Shown piece after piece: positions 42,650 through 56,398 of a DNA stretch of 64,000 nt. The DNA is from Octopus vulgaris (taxonomy: Eukaryota): assembly GCA_951406725.2 (NCBI GenBank), contig OX597825.1, positions 54,374,001-54,438,000 of the forward strand, given 5' to 3'. Each line of letters begins with the position of its first letter. Position 1 is the first letter of the stretch. A program made the translations under genes and the position numbers. Below the pieces are notes generated by a model. It worked only from the letters and a program-made list of their open reading frames with translations, was not told the DNA's origin and made no database searches.

Positions 42650-43300
42650 GTTACTCTTTTCATTGCTAACATCGTGTAATTTCGTCGTTTAGTAGCGTGT
42701 AGCTTTCAATCTTTTCCAGTTTTTTTCACCCAAGAATGCATCCCCAGTTATAGCAATATCTATGTTATTTGTTTCCTACTTACTTTTATCCACTACAACA
42801 ATGTCTGGTTTCCGAACATCAACCACTGAATCACATTGAATTGTAAGATTCCATACGATCTTATGTCCATTATTCTCAGCGATATCTTGTGGTTTATATT
42901 CGTATCGTTTCTGCGTTCTATTAAAACCATATTTCTCATGCAATCTCCAATCAACAAATTTAGCTACGTCACTGTGCTTCCTTTATTATTGTGCCAATTT
43001 GCTACACTCACAACATGTGAAATTGTTTCGTTTTTCTGCCACACATCCTATAAATCTTTGATTTTCTGCCCTTATTTATTTCGAAATTGGTGTAATTATG
43101 TCTCAGCACTTCTTCTTGCGTGCTGCATATCAAGTAGCCCTAACTTTAACCTTCTCCCTCTAACATCAGTTTTATCGGCATATCCACGTTCACCCACGAT
43201 AAGCCGTGCATTCTTTCAGGACATCTTTACTGAGTCATGTCCTGGTGTTGATTTTCCTTTTCACTTCTCGGAGATTTCTTAAATGTTTGGGATTGTGGTA
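42650..43300 (-). mobile_element. R4/Dong-like non-LTR retrotransposon relic: zinc knuckle plus REL endonuclease
   Basis: minus-strand translation ...RMCG..ETISHV..CSKLAQ...KIVWNLTIQCDSVVDVRKPDIVVVDK...IDIAITGD, with stops and frameshifts. Confidence 0.82.
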
Positions 43301-43339
43301 CATTTTTGATAGGTATCGTTTTTTTTTGTTTCCAAACTA

Positions 43340-44200
43340 GAAATATCCAGGTTTGGATTGGGCACAAGGGTATTAGTTGAAAAATTACCCAACCTTACTC
43401 AAAAGAATAGCAGTGCAAATGAATAAAATGATCAACAACAGGTTGGAAATCCCAAAGTGGATGACCACAGGCAAAAATGGTTCTTTGCCAAAAGAACCTC
43501 GGTAAAAGTAATGCAGTGGATAATGACTGGCAAATCACATGCTTACTCTTGATGTGAAAGTTGGTGACAGGGATAATATCTCATTGTGTGTATAAAATGT
43601 ATAAGAGACTGCCGATGGAACAGAAAAAATGCAATAGGAAAAGCTGAGGGACAAAGGATCAACTTCTAATAGAGAAAACGGTGTTGAATTATTGCAAGAA
43701 AAGATATATTAATTTGAGTACGACGTGAATCGATTATAAGAACGATTATGACATGTTTCCCAAATCCGGTATTTTAGAAAGTCTTGAATTGGTACAGGTA
43801 TCTGAAAGGATTTTTAATTTTATCAAATCACTAGAGAACTGGAATATATAGGGAACAACACGGGGAAAATTCTTCGCGTAGATTAATATGAGGAGAGGCA
43901 TATTTCAAGGTGATATTCTGTCACCATTACTGTTTGAGATTTGTATGATACCCCTCAAACCACAAATATTACAGAAAACGACATCAATATACACCTTAAA
44001 ATGAGGAGAAAAGTTGAATCATTTGTTATATAAGGGTGACTTAGAAATCTGCTGTAAGAATGAACGTAAGTAAATGGTCTGGTTTCAACAGTATAGATAT
44101 TGAGTTAAGGATATCAGGATGGATTTTGTATGTAATCTCAAATGACGGGGTATATGTACCTAATGGCAAGAGAATGAAGGATATTGAGGTGAATGTTTTA
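43340..44200 (+). mobile_element. R4/Dong-like reverse transcriptase relic
   Basis: IPKWMTTG, ITCLLLM.KL, GTKDQLLI, DYK..YDM.P, RRGIFQGDILSPLLF.ICMIPL; many stops. Confidence 0.85.
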
Positions 44201-44311
44201 TCACACTGGTCAGTTTTTTTTTTTTTTTGCTTTCTTTTTAGTATTTTTAGTCTCGCTGTTGTTACTCTGTATTAGTTTTATATTAGCATCGAACCCATAC
44301 CACCATCTCTG

Positions 44312-44360
<49 letters not shown>

Positions 44361-44365
<5 letters not shown>

Positions 44366-44990
44366 TAACAATTGAGGATAAGATCTTTAAAAGAAATTAT
44401 CAGTAGTTAGCGTGAAAAACCTCGTAAGAGAAAAAATCCGTAAATTTTTCCACTTTGAAAATATTTATTTATATTATATTGAAGGTACTACTATTCGTAG
44501 ATACCACACGCTAAGTGGGACCAATGCGGTCAAAACTACTAAAATAAGCAAAATTTATATTTATATTTATAAATTTATATTTATATTTATAATTTATATT
44601 TTTCACCGGAATAGTTCAATACTGAATTTTTATTCCGAGTAGGCAATTTGGCTACCGAAATGCATTGCGAATAAGCCCGCCATTTTCATAGATATGTAAA
44701 GATAAACATTCGTACATGCTACGACGAATTCTACGGTTGGCTATCGAGCTTGTAACGTTATGTTTTTTCTTATATATCTTGAGTTTATTGCACTGATGGA
44801 CATAGAATGCATATTCTGCATTAATTGCGAAATCACAGGTGATATGTAACTGAATTCTTTTTTTAAATGATTTGCTTTGAAGTTTTGCATTCGGTAAAAT
44901 TTTGTTTACTTTAGTAGTTTTGACCGCATTGGTCCCTCTTAGCGTGTGGTATCTACGAATAGTAGTACCCTCAATATAATATAAATATAT
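44361..44990. mobile_element. PLE pLTR-like non-coding element with inverted partial copy
   Basis: 44465-44558 and 44896-44988 are ~92-bp inverted copies; hammerhead-like motif at 44788-44849; (TA)n on both sides. Confidence 0.6.
44788..44849 (+). ncRNA. degenerate type-I hammerhead motif
   Basis: ttgca-CTGATGG-..aatgca tattc tgcatt..-GAAA-tca cagg tga-TA-tgtaa; stems I, II and III pair, core A9 replaced by G. Confidence 0.55.
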
Positions 44991-46566
44991 ATATATATAC
45001 ATTTTTTTGTCAGCTTTGATGGCTTTCTAACGGTACTAGTAACTTCCTGCTTTAGATGTCAACGTTCTTGATACTATTATTGTTAAACAATCCTACTTGT
45101 TTACTCTTAAAGCAGAATTGATCAGTCTTTGTGTGTTCTGTAAATGCAATGTTCCTATTTATTTTCAAATTTTTTATTGCATAAAAGTGTAGCATAATCT
45201 CTGCTTTGCGACAATCATTGTGTACCCGCATAACGTTAAAGAAAAGAATTAAAGAATTACCACATGATGCGAGGTAGACTACATGTTCTATTGACGGAGA
45301 TGCTCATATAGAAGTGTTTGCTTAGTGTTTAAATCTGAGAACGAGACGTGAAAACGTGTCCAACTGGTGCACCATTTTCCTATCTATAATTTCGTATCGC
45401 ACTACATGTGGCAATATAACATGAGACTCAAACGTGGAGGTGGGTATTGATGTTAAGTTCAGTCGATTCTGTAGCCTAGTACCAGCAATTAATGACCACC
45501 TGACAGTCTTCCAGACTCACCCTTTCCATAAAAATCATGATTATCTGAGAGATCACGGAGCTAAAAACTAGCTACAGCTTATCGTGGGTGAACGTGGATA
45601 TGCCGATAAAACTGATGTTAGAGGGAGAAGGTTAAAGTTAGGGCTACTTGAAGGTATTTCTACTCGTCAAAAATACTGAAAGGTTAGGGAGAGTATAGGT
45701 AACAGCTGATGTAAACACAGCAATATTAGTTCCAAAACCTGTCGATTGCGGAACACAAACAGGTACAGTTCTAAAACTGAATGATATCAACTTACAGGAG
45801 GTAACTAAACTATTAGTATGATTAATTATCTAAATTATAACTTTTGTAATTTTGCATTCGCATTTATAATTAATGTGTCTACAATAGTATTTATTGGAAA
45901 TTATGAAAAGAAACACATACATAAAGCTGTACTCACCCACACATACATTCAGCATTTGCATATTATAACATGCAAATACACGCATAGGCAAATATATCCG
46001 CACATGCATACATATAAACACACGAACACGCATACATATACATACACTTAGACAGCACCACACACAATGCACAATTAGACGCGTAAGCACCATAATGCGT
46101 GTGCACGCATACACAGATATATTTTCGATTTTCTACAAATACCGGAACATTAGAAGATCGTGCCAGCTTCAGTCAAGAAAGCCTCGAGATGCCACAGCTA
46201 CATAAAAGGTTTTCACTTCTGGCGGTGTATAGGAGAATATCACATGACCACCATTGTAGTGTTTTACTGCTAAAAAAATAATTTAGTTCACATTTTTGTC
46301 ACCCCGAGTCTCATTTTCAACATGACATGAAAGATGTCACTATTTTCCCTTGGGCAAATTTATTGTTTTCAAATACTTCGTTGTGTTATAAAACTTCGAG
46401 GCATGGCAGCAATGTGTACATAAACCAAATCAACAGCATTAATATATGACATGTTCGAAAATTTCCCAACAGAGTACAGAACAAAATATAAACACCAGGA
46501 AATAGATAGAGAGAGAGAAATCAACTCGCACACACAGGAACATATGCATATGTATATATTTATAAC

Positions 46567-46668
<102 letters not shown>

Positions 46669-46924
46669 GTATGATTATAAATGTGTATACATATACGTGT
46701 ATGAATATATAACGTTTTATCATAATATATATATACAAGCATGCATAACTATATATAAATATATGCATATATCTAACTATGTATCAACGCGTATGTATAT
46801 GTGTCTGCCTGTGTGTGTATCTGTGTGTGTAGATAATATATATATTTATATATATAATTATATAGATAGATAGACAGACACATAGATACATACATACACA
46901 CTTTCTCATTTCTTTGGGGCTTTA

Positions 46925-47700
46925 ATCATGCTAGCATAACTGCCAATGAATGAAGACTCTAAATCTCTCGCGCCTAGGCACGTATTCTCTATCGACAAGA
47001 TGTGGGAAGCCGCAAATAAGGAGAGGAATAGCTTCTCCCTATCCGTCATATTTTTAGTGAGAACGTTTTGATCTCTTGCCGCAATCCATAATTCTTCTGT
47101 GTGTATTGAAGAGATGGTTAATGCTTTTATCAGTAGCATTTATAACCCCTGGTGGTTTAATTCAACAGTTTTGTTAATGTGTTCAGAACAAAGCACTGTA
47201 ACAGATGGAATAGGGAGATTCCATCATGTACTGCTTTTCTCATAGCTATAGGATTAGTTTTAGTTATCTCCCCCTTTATTTTCTATCGATTTGTTTATTT
47301 TCCATTTTCACATAGCATGTTTGATAAACATTATTAGTATTCATGCTACTTAATTGATATGACCTGTCTCTAATATCTAAGAGGGTGGTATAATATCATA
47401 GTATTTTCTATGATCAGTTCAAGTCATACTGAATACTGTTTTTCTCATTTCGCTGCCTATAATAACCCAGCCCATCATTAGCTGTTTTCTCCCAGCTTTC
47501 TTTCTACGTATCTTGTAGCATCTTACTGCGTTCCGACCGGGCAGATATATGGGTTTTGAAAGTTATTGGCAAATAAACTGCAGGCCTGTAGTTTTTATGC
47601 TCTCCATTATTTTCAGTTTGGAGGAATATTACTGCTTTCCCTCCGACAGAAATACAAGTATTGATACTGGAAATCTTACCATTTTATTGAAGGTTGCTGC
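46925..47700 (-). mobile_element. very old R4/Dong-like LINE relic
   Basis: minus-strand motifs KNYRP...LP, TDHRKYYD, IAARDQ..LTKN, EY.PR....FIHWQLC. Confidence 0.6.
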
Positions 47701-48718
47701 TACAGATTCACGAGCAATAATACACAAATCCACAACCACAAGTTATCGAATTTATTCCTCCTAGGATTTGTCCAAGCGTTTGAAATTTCTAAAGTGTTCA
47801 GTAGATTCTTGAGGGATGTGCTGGTTGATGCATATCTTACAGTTGTATTTTATGATATCCATTTCTAAACTATTGTCTTACAACATTCTGAATATTTTCA
47901 TTCCATGTTTCATTGTACCTTCCTTGACTTCTCCGTGATGTTTGGGTGAGATTTTTGTTACATTTTTCGTTTTACATCCCTGCAAAATCTGCTAATATTT
48001 CAAGCAGTTATACGTTTCTGGTGCACGAATCATTTTGTCAACCATAATCTTACTAATATATTCTACTAAAGTATTTCATTTTTTTTTTATTATTTTTCAA
48101 ATATTATTGAATATTTAGTATTGATTATTTTCATATACGGTTTTAATTCTTAACGAAAATCCTCAAGATAAACAGAAAGAAATCTTCCTGTAAAGTATAC
48201 TTCGGTGTTTTCGCGTTTAACCAAAACCTCCCAGGTTCATAAGAATAGTTAAAACATAAATAACATTATCCATAAATAAAGAACAAGGTTCATGAAAGAT
48301 CTTGACAATTAAGAAATTCTATATAACAATGTATACAAATCTAAAAATTGTTAATTGATGTTTGTGTTGTTCTTTTTTTTTTATAATTTCTCATAGTTTT
48401 TTGCAGAAATCTTTGTCTATCCCTCAAGAGAAACAAAATTTAAATGTCGTAATATTTTTTTTCACTTACATGATGGTGAACTGAAACAAACGTTAGAATC
48501 TCAGACAAATTCTTTAATGATATGTCTTTAATTCCTTTACGTTCTAATTTTATAACCGACACAAGTTCACTTTCTCTTTCATCCTTTAGGGGCTGGAAGA
48601 AAATATTATTACTCAAATTTTTGGGTGGGCTAACTCATTTTTCTCAAATGGTTGGCCTTTTGCTAAATTTTGAAACAAAATCAATAAGAACAAAATATAT
48701 TTTATTATTTCTTATATT

Positions 48719-49300
48719 TAAGGCGGCGAGCTGGAAGAAACGTTAGCACGCTGGGCGAAATGCGTAGCCGTATTTCGTCTGCCCGCTACATTCTGAGTTC
48801 AAATTCCACTGAGGTTGACTTTGCCTTTCATCTTTTCGAGGTCGATAAATTAAGTACCAGTTATGCACTGGGGTAGATGTAATCGACTTAATCCGCTTGT
48901 CTGTCCTTGTTCGTCCCCTCTGTGTTTAGTCCCGTGTGGGTAGTAAAGAAATAGGTATTTCGTCTGCCGCTACATTCTGAGTTCAAATTCCGCCGTGGTC
49001 AACTTTGCCTTTCATCCTTTCGGGGTCGATTATATAAGTACCAGTTACGCACTGGGGTCGATATAATCGACAATCCGTTTGTCTGTCCTTGTTTGTCCTC
49101 TCTGTGTTTAGCCCCTTGTGGGTAGTAAAGAAATAGATATTTCGTCTGTCATTACGTTCTGAGTTCAAATTCCGTCGACATTGCGTTTCATCTTTTCGGG
49201 GTTGATAAATTAAGTACCAGTTGCGTACTGTGGTCGATGTAATCAACTGCCCTCCCTCCAAACAAAAAATTCAGGCCTTGTGTCTATAGTAAGAAGGGTT
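48719..49300 (+). mobile_element. SINE family D with tandemly triplicated body (~183-bp period)
   Basis: tatttcgtctg...ttctgagttcaaattcc...gtcgat...aagtaccagtt occurs three times; an older decayed copy lies at ~48470-48700. Confidence 0.9.
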
Positions 49301-49384
49301 ATTTATCTTGATTATTATATATAACGTTCAAATTCCACCAAGGTCGACTCTGCCTTATATCGGAGTTTGATGTAATCATCAATG

Positions 49385-50640
49385 TAATCATCTTTTTTTC
49401 TGTTGACATTCCGTAGTGTTGACACAGCTTGCAGTGTATATAGGTTTCGAATTTGTCGTGTCTGTGAATATATTCCTTCTTAGGCAGGACTGAGCAGCCA
49501 GAGACAATATGATTTATTCTTTCTTGTCCATCTCCACTTATTCTGTATTCCATGTTTTGCTAACTTCTGGTGGGAAAGCCTTAATCATGTGCGGCAATTA
49601 AAAGTCCTTCAATCCCTGCTTTGAGCCCTGACCTTCTCAACCATTGTTGGGATTGTGCTTTGTCTATGTTTTCTTTGTTTTAACTCAGTATTTGTCATGA
49701 AGGGGCTTTTCTTGCCATCGTTTCATCATGATCCGTTGCTGTTTTTGTTGGATTTCTGTTGTTTTACGACTTTCATTGTTTCTTACTTTTCTTCATAGTT
49801 GTTAAGTATTGTGACTTCTTTTTTGTATTTGTCAGCTTCCTTAAAGACTGAAAACAATTTTTGTTTCTTTTGTTCGTGTTTTGTGGCTAATTGTAATAGT
49901 TTTCCTTGATTCTGAAATGAATATTTCTGTAGTCCTATGGCGGTTATCTGCAATAGTTTTCTAGCTTCATAAGGCCGCCACCAACTTCTGACTTCTGGAA
50001 TATTATTCTTCTAATGGAAATGGCTTTGGTTTTTATGAGTTCCTCCTTTGTCTAGAGCTATAGCATTATCTGCCATTTATTCATGGAATTTTTTGTAGGT
50101 TTTATGATTATTCGGTGTTACCTTGTTCATCGTTAGTGTTTCTAGAATCTGCGTTTGGGGTAATATTATCAAAAGCCTTTCAGTAATCGATACAAGCCAT
50201 ACTTGGACCCTTCTTCTTTCTGCAGCTGTCTTCAGTTATGGCTTTATGGATCAGTAGCTGATCTTTACAAACGTATGAAACATTGCAGCATCTCTTCAGC
50301 TCTTCTGGAATCAGATTGTTTTCTTCGAGATGTTTGCTCATTCTCTGCAATATTGTTGGAGTAAAGGATTTGTAAATTGGAGGGAGACAGGTTATCGATC
50401 TGTTATTCTGTTGATTTGCCGTTTCAGCGGATTTGGAAATTAAGAAATTTTTTCCCTTCAGCGAGCCATTCAGGCACTGTCTCTGACTCTATTAATATCT
50501 CATTAAATATCTCGGCCACCTTTTTATCTGTTCTTGTTAGGTATTTTTACCAGATGTTGGGGATCCTGTCGAGCCAAGGTGCTTTCCAGTTGCTTAAGTT
50601 TGCAGTGCCTGGGTGAAATCGTCAGTTGTTATAGAGGTCC
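49385..50640 (-). mobile_element. R4/Dong-like LINE relic (RT plus zinc knuckle, internally deleted)
   Basis: PEWLAEG, ITCLP, CKDQLLI.KAITED, IDY.KAFD and INHIVSGC...KEYIHRHD...YIH.KLCQHYG. Confidence 0.85.
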
Positions 50641-50658
50641 AGATTTACTCAGGTGCTG

Positions 50659-50807
50659 TGTTCCTTGTTTTAATAGATCTTCTTCTTCTTCTTCTTCTTC
50701 TTCTTCTTCTTCTTCTTCTTCTTCTTCTTCTTCTTCTTCTTCTTCTTCTTCTTCTTCTTCTTCTCCTCCTCATCCTCTTCTACATCTACTTCTTCTTCTT
50801 CTTCTTC

Positions 50808-50893
<86 letters not shown>

Positions 50894-51180
50894 ATTATTG
50901 AGTGAGAGAGAAGTACATGCCGTCAAAGTGACACTGGGATAACATATATGAAGCCCAGTATACCCATCATAACTACCCGCACAAGACACATGCGTCACAA
51001 ACATTTGTGTACGACATGGTGATCTCATATCAAGATAAACAGCGCATGACCTTGCAGCTGGGCCCCAGAAAGAACTTTCTTCAGGTCGAGTAGCCCATCT
51101 CGCTCAAAAGATTCCAAAGGTGATTTATTCAAACCCTAAACAATTCCTCTAAACACATGTTATTATTATTATTGTTGTTG

Positions 51181-51232
<52 letters not shown>

Positions 51233-51240
51233 CATCATCA

Positions 51241-51310
<70 letters not shown>

Positions 51311-51315
51311 CATCA

Positions 51316-51379
<64 letters not shown>

Positions 51380-51400
51380 CATTATTATTATTATTAATAT
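50659..51400. repeat. (CTT)n then (TTA)n microsatellites enclosing a ~250-bp insert (50899-51150)
   Basis: direct reading. Confidence 0.9.
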
Positions 51401-52356
51401 TATTAATGATATATGATAGGATAATATTAATTTGCTACTACTACGATAATGTAAAAAAAAACCACAGCAACACTGGTGATGAGATTATTCATAGTTTAAA
51501 TTTTCGTTCTTGTATTTATATTTAATAAAATTTGGAGGTGAGTGATACAGATAAAAATGAAAGGCACACTTGATATTTGTCTTCATGTACATCATATACA
51601 TGTAATGGTAGTGATGATGATGCTGATGATGACAACGACGACAACGATGAAGACAACGAGGATGACACAAGTGGGTTGTGGTAGTGGTGCTGTTGGTGGT
51701 GTTGGTGGTGGTGTTGCTGCTTATACTACTGCTACTAATGATGACGATGACGAGGACGACGACGATGTTGGTCATTATAGTGTCGACGATTATGAAAATT
51801 GTGGTTTTAATATGTGAGAAGGGTATTTTATCAGTTTTATCAATTTCTGATGACTTTCATGATGAGATTAGATATTTTGAGAATATAAACAAACAAGATA
51901 TTTCGTGTCCTAATAAATAAAACAAATCTATCTAAAATGAACATTCCCGCGTCCAAGTTAATGCAAATTAAAATGAAATGACATTGATGACTTTGAAAAA
52001 GATAGATAAATCTACAGACACTTTGTGTCCATGTGCGTATTTCTGTTCGTGTGCGTTTGCATTCGTATGTATTCGTACGTATCCATTTATAAATATCTGT
52101 GTGTGTGAGTGGGCGTGTTTATACATGCATACACACATATATACAAATATATGTATATGTATATATAAATATATGTGTGTGCGTGTGTGTGTATATATAT
52201 ACATATGTAACATAAATAGGTGTATATTTGTATACATATTTCTTTGCACATATATGTGTATGTGTGTGTGTGTAAATATATGTGTATATGCGTGTCAACA
52301 TAGATATATCCATGTATAAAATTTAATAAATAGATAGATAGATAGACAGACAGACT

Positions 52357-52403
<47 letters not shown>

Positions 52404-52461
52404 TTACATATGTACATATATTATGACTATATATAAATGTATGTGTATTATGGTATTATGG

Positions 52462-52513
<52 letters not shown>

Positions 52514-52654
52514 TACTAATATAGGATAGACATTTTTTGAGAAAAAAATTCATCAAAAGTGGCAGCATATTAAAATACTTTTAACGGTTAAAATTATAAG
52601 TTGCTTATATATATACATACATACATACATACATATATATATACATACATACAT

Positions 52655-52734
<80 letters not shown>

Positions 52735-53029
52735 TATACATAATACATATATATATGCGTAATTGCAGATAGACACACGTATATACATATAAAGAGAAAA
52801 CGAGAAAAAATCAGCTTGAATTATTGACGATATGTTTCAATTAATGCAGACGCAGATAATGATATTGCACTAAACATTTTTCATAACTTAAATTTCAATA
52901 TACGAGAAAAATTTCATTTACTGCACTTAATTACTTCCCGCCAGTTTACGTCATTCTCGATATTTCAACTTGCAAAGCCACCTCCACTGCTTGCGCACAG
53001 ATTACACAAATATATATATTATATCGTAA

Positions 53030-53078
<49 letters not shown>

Positions 53079-53186
53079 GCTGTCATATCATCCGATGGTG
53101 TAAAGGTGACTCTGTAGAGGCAAGATTCTCCTTTAGAGCAACCATTATGTTTTCGGAAGTTACAGGGTGAGACTGGAGGTTGTAAT

Positions 53187-53240
<54 letters not shown>

Positions 53241-53773
53241 CACATATACACACATGCATATATAAAGGTATTCTTTACATTCAAATCAACGTTAATATGT
53301 TAGAATAAAGCGTTATTTGCCATGAGTCGACCCTTGTATAGACTCGTAGTGCATAAAAACACTCCAAACTGATGGTCCCTATCTGTCAACGATATAAACA
53401 TTCGTGCTTTTATACACCACAGGGCTATATTAGAAGTTCTCTCGGTAATGTCTTCTAACACAACAGCTACGTTAAGTTGAATATAATGGTTTCCTACTGG
53501 CATCAATACGCTTCTGTTTCAATTAAATCTGTAAATTTGCATTTTCTCTTTTGATTTTCAATTCTTCCTCTGAAGGAGCTGGTTTCTAACAAACATACAA
53601 AGCACTATCGTTGGAATATATATAATAAAAACTGTCATATTTTAAACCTGAGCAAAATCTTGCATATTTTTATTCCTCCTATTACAGATTGCATTTGTAA
53701 TGTCAGTTGGCTGATTTTTGTTTCTGAAAGTTCAAGCTTATCCAGACTACGAGTTAAGCATAGTCTGGATAAG

Positions 53774-54424
53774 AAAGCCCCTCTCCTTCGATTGAGATGA
53801 AATCGTCGCAGATAGAGCTTTTCGGAATGACCCCGCAGGACTGAAGAACAGCTCTTTCGAGAGGTTACACTTTCCGCTTATGATGTTGTGAGCGAGAATG
53901 AGATCACCACGGCGGCGTTTTTCTAGAGAATAAAGGTCGAGCGTCTTCAGCCTTTCTTCATAAGACAAATTCTTGAGACCATGAACCATGCGGGTAGCCA
54001 GCTTCTGGACTCTTTCGAGATGCTGTATGTCTTTGAGGAGATAAGGAGAAGAGGCTTGAATCCCGTACTCCAATATGGGTGTCTCACCAGCATGACATAG
54101 AGCGGTAGGAATATGGCTGCTGTGAGCATTCCGAATGACCGTCGAATCAAGAACAGAATTCCGCGTGCTTTGTTGGCAGCACGGACGCACTGGGCCGAAG
54201 GCGAAAAGGAGGAATCCACCAAGATACCCAGGTCCTTTACCTGATCGGTCCTCTCCAGCAGCAGACGACCCGGCTCGAAATCAAGTTGAGTTGCAGGAGG
54301 AGAGCCAACAGGCAGATGACAGCACTTTAACACGTTCAGACACAGGTCCCATTCGTTAAACCACCTCCTAATTTGGTGGAGGCATTGACGAAGATCCTCT
54401 ATATCACTGCGAGGAGCGACCAGT
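53774..54424 (-). mobile_element. CR1-clade LINE ORF2 C-terminal fragment (frameshifted)
   Basis: LNVLKC, VKDLGILVDS, KARGILFLIRRSF, LY..LVR/PILEYG...SPY..KDI..LERVQ..ATR.V.GL..LSYEERL..L.L.SLE.RR.GDLI. Confidence 0.92.
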
Positions 54425-55000
54425 CAGATGTGCGGTGTCTTTAACAGAAATATGACATATGTATGTATCTGTGTAAGCATATATGTTTATATGTATGTAT
54501 ATGTACGTATGTATGATTGACCACGTAGTCGTTTAAAATACTCGCGTTGGTGACCAAGTGCACAGGAAGCCCAATTGCTGTGAGAGGACCGTGGACTTTG
54601 TTAAACCACCCCCTAGGAGAAGACTAACTCGTATAAAAATTTTCGAATGTATTTATTAATTTCCGTAAAAAAATTTCATTTCCTTATGCTTTGAAGAGAT
54701 CAGAAATTAAAAGAGAAGAGAAAGTGAAACCGTATCACTTGCTTTGAAGTGAGAGCAGAAAGGGAAAGAGAGGAGAAAATGAAATATGCAAATACATGTA
54801 TATGAAATGGACGTGTGTGTGTATATGTGTGTGCATGTTTGCGTGTGCGTGGGAAAGAGAGAAGGGGAGAGAGAATGAGTGAGTGAAGATGTGTCTTGTC
54901 ATGTATGTATAAGTCATACTCCGTCACTGTCTTTGTCTCACACACTCATCTTTCATATACACACACCTAAATTCATATCCAAACATAATCTTTCGATATA

Positions 55001-55800
55001 CAGGGTTATTCAAAAAGAATGAACCTATTTCGTTACGCAATATTTTAATTAGGAAAAGCAATAGAAAACTCCAGCTAGTCACAATTATTTACACACAATC
55101 AGCTTATATTTCTCTGTCTTACAAGTGTTCAGTGTAGTCACCACTTGCAACACATGTAACATTAATGTGATAAGAGAATTCCTCCCAGGAATTGGTAAGT
55201 GCCTGAACGAGGCGTAATCGTCTTCTTAGCACACACCAGATAATGGTGTATGCTAAGAAGTAGCATGATTTGTGGACATCCTCGTGCTCTCCTCAAACGC
55301 AACACGGAATCTCATCACTTGTTTCTCCGAAACTCGTGGTCGTCCTGGACCATTTCCTTTACACAAACACCCACTCTCTTAAAAGTGTTGAAACCACCGC
55401 CGAATGTTCTTAGGAGTGGGCGGATTAATGTCAAATCACCGTCGAAAACCACGCTGCACCGTGACAACTTAAGTTGTTTTCGCGAACACGAGAATGCAGA
55501 ACGCCATTTGCTGAGGACTTGCCATTCTGAATGTAAATAAATAACTGAAATTAGACGGAAGAACTACCCAACTACTGCACCCCTGCGGCAGCCATTCAAA
55601 ACTTAAAAACCTCCACCGCTATCCACTAACCACGATGACCTTAAACATCGAATAACAACATGAATCAACTCGGTGGATCGTAACATGCTGATACGCATCG
55701 GGGAGGAATTCTCTTATCGCATTAATGTTGCATGTGCTGTAGATGGTGGCCACCTGGAACACTTGTAAGACAATAAATAAAAGCTAATTATGAGCAAATA
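55001..55800. mobile_element. Tc1/mariner (DD41D-like) deleted element plus an inverted second C-terminal fragment
   Basis: minus from 55525: MASPQQMAFCILVFAKT..VTVQRGFRR.F.INPP..KNIRRWF..F.ESGCLCKG.G.GRPR; plus ~55630-55768: DLKHRIT..INSVDRNMLIRI.EEFSYRINVACAVDGGHLEHL*; TA followed by cagggttattcaaaa TIR at 55001. Confidence 0.85.
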
Positions 55801-56039
55801 CTTTGACTTTCGAATGCATAAGGAAGATTCGCACACACACATTCAAATGCTCACACACAAACTCTCTTTTATATATATGGAAGTGTCCCTGTCTGTCGTT
55901 CTCTGTCTCTCACATTTCCTGTGTGCCTATCTCTTCCTGTCTCCCCCTCAACTACCCCCATTATGCCACACCTCCCAGAACCTAACGCTTTTGCACCCCT
56001 GTCATTTTATCATGTAATAGCTCACCCTCATAGTCGGTC

Positions 56040-56195
56040 TATTGTCGACTTGTATTGAAATCCAATTAGCCTATAATTGCACTAGATGTTAGTTCAACAT
56101 GTATATGAAGTTTGGTGAAGATTGGTTTCCTGGTTTGGGCACCAAGATGGTAACAGACAAATGGACAGACAAACTGCCGTTTATATAGAGAGAGA
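56040..56195 (-). mobile_element. Helitron-like 5' terminal fragment
   Basis: minus strand A|TCTCTCTCTATATAAACGGCAG...ccaatcttcaccaaactt; no matching 3' CTAG end found. Confidence 0.55.
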
Positions 56196-56196
56196 T

Positions 56197-56323
56197 ACTG
56201 GTACTTATTTTAAAGATCCTGGAATGGATGGATGCCAAAGTTAACCTCAATGGCGTTTGAACTCAGAAGTAAAGAGGGACGAAATGCTGCGAAGCATGTT
56301 GCCCACTACCGTAGCGATTCTGC

Positions 56324-56398
<75 letters not shown>

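Noticed and set aside
51542-51817. 91-aa ORF with M/T/G/D runs
   Set aside because: Mosaic of decayed trinucleotide repeats
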